DNA of 41,172 nt from a virus, in IMG/VR virus record IMGVR_UViG_3300045988_010662, positions 1 through 41,172 of that record. One strand, given 5' to 3'. The notes under the pieces are model-generated. The model was not told the origin of the DNA. It searched no databases and saw only the letters and a program-made list of their open reading frames with translations. Positions within the stretch are counted from its first letter, which is position 1. Each line of letters opens with the position of its first letter. This document shows, piece after piece, positions 25,522 to 33,700 of the stretch. The position numbers and the translations under genes were made by a program.

Positions 25522-27731
25522 TGAAGTTAATAGGCTATGATAGTAATCAACGCTTAAACACAATTAATGGCGGTGTACAAGCTAATGTAAATGAAATGGC
25601 TTATGGTGGCAACACGCAAGGCATGGATAACCTCACAAAAGCCATTGGTGATTTAGGCAACACAATGCTAACAATACAAAAGCAAAAGGAAATGACCGAT
25701 GTTGTGAATGCAACAAATGAGTATAACACCATGATGAATGATTGGCTATATAACCCTGATAATGGTGCTATGAACCGAAAGGGCGAAAATGCTTTGACTA
25801 TTCCGCTTGATTATCAAAATCAAGAGAAAAGAGCAAGGCAGCTTATATCCGAGAAGTATGGCTTTAAATTCAATGATGCGGTCAATGCCTTTAATAAAGT
25901 TGCAGATAATGATATGACCAATACAACAAACACAATCAATAAGTTTGTGCGTGGTCAATTTGAAGATAGTGCTATGAAAGCATTAGATATGAATGTGCAA
26001 AACATATCTAATAATGCGGTAGTAAATGCTAGTCCTGATGCATTCGATGATGCTATGAAACAAGTAAGCGGTAGTGTGGCAGCACAACTATCTAATCTTG
26101 GGTATGATGATAACACTATCCGATTACAAGTAAAGAAAGCGCAACAAAACATTGCTACAACCATGATTGAAAAGAAGATGGCTGATGATGATTTAGATGG
26201 TGCTAATAAGATTATCAATCAAGTTGCCATGTCAGGCTTAATCGATGAAGAAAAAATCATGGGATATCGTCAAAAGGTGCGCAATGCATCAATGGTATTA
26301 GCTACATCAGATGATAGCAAGATTGATGGTGTCATTGGTGAGTTTGACCCTAATGATCCTGACTTACTAACTAAAGTTACTGATAAGTTATTTACAAGTG
26401 GTTTTGGTAAAGTCGCTGGTGCTAGTGGTGGAAATGCAAGCGTTCAAGACCTTATGGATGCGGTTATGGGTCAAGAAAGTAGCGGTGATGCTGGAGCAGT
26501 TAATGGCAGAACTGGTGCTTATGGATTATTCCAAATATTACCTAGTAACTGGCCACAATGGAGTGAACAAGCTGGTATAGCTGGCGCAGACATGACAGAC
26601 CCTGAGGCACAAAAGAAAGTTGCAGCATATAAACTTGGTGAGTATGCAAAAGAGTATGGTGTAGAGGGTGCGTTTGCTGCTTGGTATGCTGGACCTGTAA
26701 ATGGTGCTAGATGGAGAGATGGTGCGCCTGATGCGGTTGATGGTGATGGTAACCATTATTCATGGGATGCTCCGCAAGGTGCTGGTGATGAGCCTAGTGT
26801 TCGTCAATACATACAAGAAGTTAAAGCAAAATTATTTGGTGGTGAAAAAGCTAGAGAAGAAACACCGGCAGAGGCACAAAAGCGAAAAGAAATCATTCAA
26901 CGCAACGTGGCAACACGATTACAAGTCATGGCTAAACGTAAAGCACAAATACTTGAAAATCAAAAAGTAGAGATTGAGCAACGTGTAGCAGCGGCGGTAA
27001 GAAATGGTGCAACCGATGTTGAAGTATTAAAGTTAAGGCAAGATTATGCAGAAACACATCCTGAATACCAAAGAGCAATGCAAGGTCAGTTAAACCAAGC
27101 ACAGATTTCTGTAAATAAAGCAGCGGCAAAAGCATTGCAAGCAAAAGAGGCGAACGTATTGGCGGTTAAAACCGCAATCGCAAATGGTCAATTCAAAAGC
27201 ATGGATGATTTAAATAACTTCATGGGGCAAATGGGTGTGTACTTTACACCACCACAACTTGCACAAATCAACCATGATTTTGACGAATACTCAAATGGTA
27301 CTGGAAAGTATTCTCCTGAAATGTCAGGTATGAAGAGTAGCATAGAAAACTTAGCTGGTAGAAAAATAGATGGTGTTGAATGGCAAGGTGTATCAACCGC
27401 AGTTTATCCTAAAGTACAAGAATTTAGAGAGAAACACGGCTATGATCCATCGCCTGCACAAATGGCACAATGGGGTGCTGATGCGGTAGCAGAACAAACA
27501 ATCGCATCTACAGAAACTGGTAAATATTGGGGTGTAGGTAAACGTGCTAACTTATTTGGTGGTAGAGGCGCTGCATTATCTTACACAAACGCACAACTAG
27601 CATCACAAGGTATGTATGGTTTATATAACACAACTGGTGCAGATGGTCAGCCATACTACGTTTATAAAGATGCTAGGGGCGAAGAATACACCATTACACC
27701 AGCAGAATTAGCTGAAAGGTTAGGTCAATAA
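25521..27731 (+). CDS. Internal virion protein with a lytic transglycosylase (SLT) domain (gp15 slot)
   Basis: The SLT signature LMDAVMGQESSGDAGAVNGRTGAYGLFQILPSNW ... AAWYAGP has its catalytic Glu codon at 26475-26477. The protein is 736 aa. Confidence 0.75.
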   Translation: MKLIGYDSNQRLNTINGGVQANVNEMAYGGNTQGMDNLTKAIGDLGNTMLTIQKQKEMTDVVNATNEYNTMMNDWLYNPDNGAMNRKGENALTIPLDYQNQEKRARQLISEKYGFKFNDAVNAFNKVADNDMTNTTNTINKFVRGQFEDSAMKALDMNVQNISNNAVVNASPDAFDDAMKQVSGSVAAQLSNLGYDDNTIRLQVKKAQQNIATTMIEKKMADDDLDGANKIINQVAMSGLIDEEKIMGYRQKVRNASMVLATSDDSKIDGVIGEFDPNDPDLLTKVTDKLFTSGFGKVAGASGGNASVQDLMDAVMGQESSGDAGAVNGRTGAYGLFQILPSNWPQWSEQAGIAGADMTDPEAQKKVAAYKLGEYAKEYGVEGAFAAWYAGPVNGARWRDGAPDAVDGDGNHYSWDAPQGAGDEPSVRQYIQEVKAKLFGGEKAREETPAEAQKRKEIIQRNVATRLQVMAKRKAQILENQKVEIEQRVAAAVRNGATDVEVLKLRQDYAETHPEYQRAMQGQLNQAQISVNKAAAKALQAKEANVLAVKTAIANGQFKSMDDLNNFMGQMGVYFTPPQLAQINHDFDEYSNGTGKYSPEMSGMKSSIENLAGRKIDGVEWQGVSTAVYPKVQEFREKHGYDPSPAQMAQWGADAVAEQTIASTETGKYWGVGKRANLFGGRGAALSYTNAQLASQGMYGLYNTTGADGQPYYVYKDARGEEYTITPAELAERLGQ

Positions 27732-30700
27732 TGAATAAGATTACACCTGAACAAGCGACAAAGGGTACATTTGGAATTAAATCAAATGCAAATGTAGGTT
27801 TTGTTGGTGGTGTTCAACAAGAAGTAACAGACAATTCATATAGTAAAGCTATAGGTAACGCAGTTAGTGGTATTAGTGATTGGGTAACGAAAGACCCATC
27901 AACCGCCACAGTCGATGTAAATGCAATGAACGCATTAACACAAACTGATGTTACACCGCAACAAAGCGAAAACTTTGTAAATAAAGCTGGTGAAATCTTA
28001 CAACCTGTAATGCATCGTGCAGAGCAAATCTATTTGTGGAATAAAGCAGACTGGGCGCAATCAGCATATGATAGTGGTGAGGCACTAGGTATTAGTCCTG
28101 ACATTATCATGGCTAGTGGTCAAGATGGTATTAGACGAGCAGAGGCAGCAGCAGCACAAATCAATAGAGGTAAAACTCTTAATGAAGTGTATGAGTTGTA
28201 CCCTGAATTAGTTGGTATCAATTATAAAAACTCCGCAGAGGCTATCACTACTCTTCAAAACCTACAATCTGTAAAAGATACACATGGTGTATGGGATAGC
28301 ATTCAACAAAATACATGGGCAATTAATGACCAAATCAAATTAGGCAAAGTTGGTATGGAGTTATCAACTGCTACTGATCCACAACGCATTCAAGAACTTA
28401 ATGACGAGGTAGAACGCTTACAATCTAATTTATCTAAATATCGTAAATCAGATGATAATAACGTATTAGAAAATGTAGTTGGTGCTACTGCTAGTCAAGT
28501 ATATATGATGGCTGCACACGCTATCATGGGTTCTAATCGTGCTGCAGAGGGTATGGCATTAGGTGCAGCGGCTGGTGTTGCTGCTACTGCACCATTTGGT
28601 GGTGAGGGGGCTATCCCCGGTGCATTGGTTGGTTTAAATACTGGTGTTCAAGTTGGTATGGCTGAACAAATGTATCAAATGTCTTTTGGTAACAAATACC
28701 TTGAACTCATTCAAAAACGAGATGCAAATGGAAATCAAGTATACTCTAATGAAGAGGCTAGAAAGTATGCTATGTCATACGCAGCTATTGATGCTGGTAT
28801 CGAATTTGTAGCAACTAAAGCTATAGGTAAAGGCATCAATAATGTTGCACCTAAATCAGCGTTAGCAAAAGTAATTACAAATGGAACTACAGATATTGCA
28901 GCAACCTTTGATAGAGGTATTGGAACAACTGTTGCACAGATGGCTAAAAACTCTATTAAAGCTGGTGTACCTGAACTCTTTGAAGAGGGCTTGCAAGATA
29001 TAAACGAAAAGGTACAACACAACCTAACACGCAAGGATAATGACCTAGAGGGTTATTATAGCGTAGGTGATATTGCTATAGGTTCATTAGATGCAATGAA
29101 ACAAGCATTGCCAGCGGTAATAGGTTTTGGTGCTATCGGTGGTGCAGTAGGTGGTGTACGTACTGCAAAGGCTTTCCGAGATTTCCAAAAGCTAACACCT
29201 GAACAACAACAAGCAGCAATCATCGCAGAGCAAAACCGCAATGGTGCAGTCATTATGGATAATGTTCGTAAGGATAGCACTACCAATAAAATCGCAAAAG
29301 AAAACCCTGAGTTGTACGGAAAAATCGTACAAGCGCAGGGCGATAAGGTTGGTGTATCAACTCAATATGTAGATGTAGCGGAATTAGTACAATCTGAAAA
29401 CGGACAACTTGCTATCCGTGATATGGTTGATAACGGCTTGGTAACACAAGAGGAAGTAAAAGCAGCTATCGAGGCTGATGCACCTGTTGAAATTCCTATT
29501 GGTAGCTATGCACAAGTATCTATGAACTTATCTGATGAAACAGTAGATGCATTGAAACAAACCTCATACTTTACACGTGGCGGTATGTCATTGGCTACAT
29601 TAGAACGTGCAAAACAAGAAGTAGATATTGCTAAATCTGTATTGAAAGACGATACATCAAAACGTGCGGAACGTATCAAAGATGATATTATCCGTAATGA
29701 ATTTGAGGGTGCAAGTGATATAGATCGTGAAGTACTTAACGAGGTACTATCTGACCCTACGAACATTAAACGTAATTTCAATAACTTATTGCATACGTTA
29801 AAAGAACAGTATAGAGAAAACTATGCTAGTGATTTTGACAATGCAGATAAATCTATAAATGATGCGGTAAGTACTGGTATTGAACCACAATGGTTAGTTG
29901 ATTATAAAGCTAACAACGGCGGTAAAGCACCACGTACCAATGCAGAACGTAGACGAGCAGCCTATGAGTATAGCCGAGCAACTACAACTGCTAGTTTAGA
30001 TGGTAATGCCGATGCACTAGCACAATCTGATGCACATTATGCAGATATGGAATATATGTTGATGCAAATCGAAAGTTTAGAGGCTATGAAAGATAAAGTC
30101 TTTGAATTGGCGAATAATGACATAGCATTACGGATGCAATTATCTAAAAGTGGATATGATGTATACAACGAAGTAGTTAAAGCTATTAGCGAAAGCACGA
30201 ATAGAAAACAACGTGAAACTGCAAAAGCAAATGCATTATTGATGGCACAACACGCTGATATAATGGCACAATATATGCGACAAATGGGCAAAGGCGGTTA
30301 TATCGCTATGGATTATTTCCGTGATAGCGTGCGTATCAACATGAATGCTAAATTAGGAGAAAAAGGCGGATATGCACAACCACTAAATGTTGATGTTGAC
30401 TTAAATCACAGATTACAAGTTGTTGATTTAACAAATCTTAAAACTAATCTGAAAACAGAAAAAGACATAATAGATTTATTTAAAAACACACCACCACAAG
30501 CGGTTATGATTGAGGATGGTAAGGTTATTGTTTTACCGCCTGATGATATTAATGGTATTAAACATATTCCATATGGTACGCAAAAAGGTAAAAAAATAGC
30601 AAATAAAAAAAGAAGAATTGTAGAAGATATTGCAAATATATTGCAACATAGTGTATTGATTGATAGCTCGCCTAATAATAAAATTGGTAGATCAAAATCT

Positions 30701-33700
30701 GGCATGAGTGCTAATCAACGTAAATCGCAAAATAGAAAAAATACTATTGTTAATTACCACAATTTACTATCGGCAATTCGTATTAATGGAAATTATTATG
30801 CAGTTAGATTTGTAGCAGAAGAAAAACAAGGGCATTTAACAGTATACCCAAGAACAGTTTATTTATACGATATAATTATGCAAAAAAGCAGTACTACTAG
30901 TCGCCCGACTCAGAGTGGCAATAGCCAAGCGGTCGGTCAAATGACCAGTAATACTGCTTTTGATACTATAAGTATAAAAGATATATTGAACGGGGTCAAG
31001 GACGGAAAAGGTGTTTTATATGTAGATAATAATGGAAATGGCAATTATTACACACAAACATATAATCAATCAGCATGGCATGGTTCACCACATGACTTTG
31101 ACACATTTGATTTAGGTGCTATTGGTACTGGTGAGGGTAATCAAGCACATGGTTGGGGTTTGTATTTTGCTAAGAAAAAATCAGTATCTAGGAATTATCA
31201 AAAGGAATTGTCTAAGCGATTAGGAACTACAAATCCAAAATTATTCAAAGTTGAAATTCCAGATGAAAAAACAATGCTTGATGAAGATAAATATTTCAAA
31301 GAGCAAAATAAAGATATTATTAACAAGATAGTATCAGCCGTTAATAATTTAGAAATCGATAAGCGAAAAGCTTTATTAGATCACTATAAAGAACATCCAG
31401 CTTATCCTGTTAATAAAGAGTATGAAAAAATACTAGGCAAAATACAGAGCATAAATCAAGATAGGGAATATATAACTGATGCTCTAGTAAACAATGTAAG
31501 TAAAATAAAAGAAAAAATTGCTAGAGAAGCTGCTGCTGAGTACGGATATAACTTTGACGAGTTAAAAGCAGATAATACATTTGAAATGGCTAAAAAGTTA
31601 ATAGGTGAAATTAATGAAAAGTTATCGGCACTAGAAAAAGAGAAAGAAGTTGAGGGTGCAAAAGAAAAAATAAAAGAAGATAAGATCTTGGAAAGTATCG
31701 GTGATACATTTACAAAAACACCATATACAGGAAGAGATGTTTATGTTGCATTGTCAAAAGCATTTGGCGGTGATAAAGGTGCATCTGAATTTTTAAACTC
31801 AACTGGTGTTAAGGGCATTACATATGATGGATATACAGACGGACGATGCTATGTAGTATTTGATGATAAGGCAATCAAAGTCATTGAAAAGTACAACCAA
31901 TCAATAAACGGCATGACCGAAATCATGAAAGATGGTGAACGCATTATCAGCATTTTCAAGACAGCTGATAGAAGTACATTCTTACACGAAATGGGTCATG
32001 TTTTCTTTGATGATATACAAAAATTAGCATCTATGGAAAACGCACCTGAGCAACTTGTAACAGATTGGAACAAGTTGAAAGAGTGGAGCGGTTGGGTTGA
32101 TGGTGAAAACGTAGACAATACGAAAGCACATGAAAAATTTGCACGAGGGTGGGAAAGCTACTTGCGAAGTGGTGAAGCACCAACAAGTGCATTGCAAAGA
32201 GTATTCCGTCAATTCTCCAAATGGCTGACATACATTTATCGTAGCGTTCAACGATTAGGTGGTGAAGTACCAACTGATATTAAAGATGTTATGGCACGTA
32301 TGATCGCAACCCAAGAGGATATTGAGGTATACGCAGAGCAACAACAATTAGAACAGTTTGAGAAAACTGAACTGTATAAGCAACTATCCGAACAAGACCA
32401 AGCACGGATGCAGTCTTACATAGCAGATGTTAAGGAAAAAGCAAAAGAACGTGTGATGCGAAAACTCATGAAAGAATTGGATAATCGACCAATTAAAGAA
32501 TGGGAAGAAGAAAAGGATGCTATTCAAATTGAAATAGAAAAACGATTGATTGAGCAATATCCTATATACAAAGAGCATCAACGATATAACGTGTTTGGTG
32601 AGGGTGCATTGAAAGATACACGGTACAACTCTATTGAAGAGTTGGAGAAAGTGGAAGTAGAGCAAACTGGTACTACATTTAACGATGCTATCAATCAAGA
32701 AATGGACAATGCGAAAGCAGAGTTTATGAGTGATAACAATGTAGGCAAAACCAACGAGCAAATCGCAGAAGAAATCTTGCTTAGTACCCAAGGTCAAATG
32801 AGATTAACCGAAGAAGAAAGTAAGATTATTCAAAAGTCTACTAATCGTGAACTAGCGAAGAACTGGGAGTTGTTAGAGCGTATTCGTAAACTAGACCCTA
32901 ACGCAGAAACTATTGATACAGAGTTAAGTGAAATCGAAAAAGAGGTTAAACCTACTAAGTACGATGAGTTAAAATCTGATAAGAAAAAAGTAGATGCTGC
33001 TTTGAGTGATACTACTAAGCAATTAGAAAAAGCAGAAGAACGTATCAAACGCTTACAGTATATGCTGAATAATCGCATCAATAATGTTCGTTCTATTCGA
33101 GGCGCTGGACTTGGTACAATTTCTGACTACATGAACCGAGCAAGAAAAGAATTAGGTGAGTTGCCTATATCTAATGCGATACAGTTTAAAACGTATCAGA
33201 ATAAAGCGGTAACTGCTGGCAAGAAAGCAGATAGAGCATTGGCAATCGGTGATGTTGATAAAGCACTTGGCTTTAAGCGTGAACAGATGCTACAACAAGC
33301 AAGGGCGAGAGTAGCGTTTGAAAACTTTGAAAAGTCCAAGAAGTTGCGATTGAAATTAAAACAACAATTACAACGCATGACTAGACCGAAGAACCCTATT
33401 GCTATTGAACCTAATATGCGTTATTTCTACGCACACATGGCATACCAAATGGGTTTAACTAAGTACGATGGACTAGCACCTACAGATGGTTTTGATATGA
33501 ACACAGTATTATCTGCACTAGATGTGGATGCACTTATTCTTAACCAACAATCAATGGTTCAATTAGAACCTTGGATAGCTGAAATGTTCTATTCTAAAAC
33601 ACCTAAATCATTTAAATCTATCACAATGAACGAGTTAGAAACTTTGGAAGAGTTAATGACTGGGATGTACAAGAATGGTAGAAATGAGTATGAGGGTACA

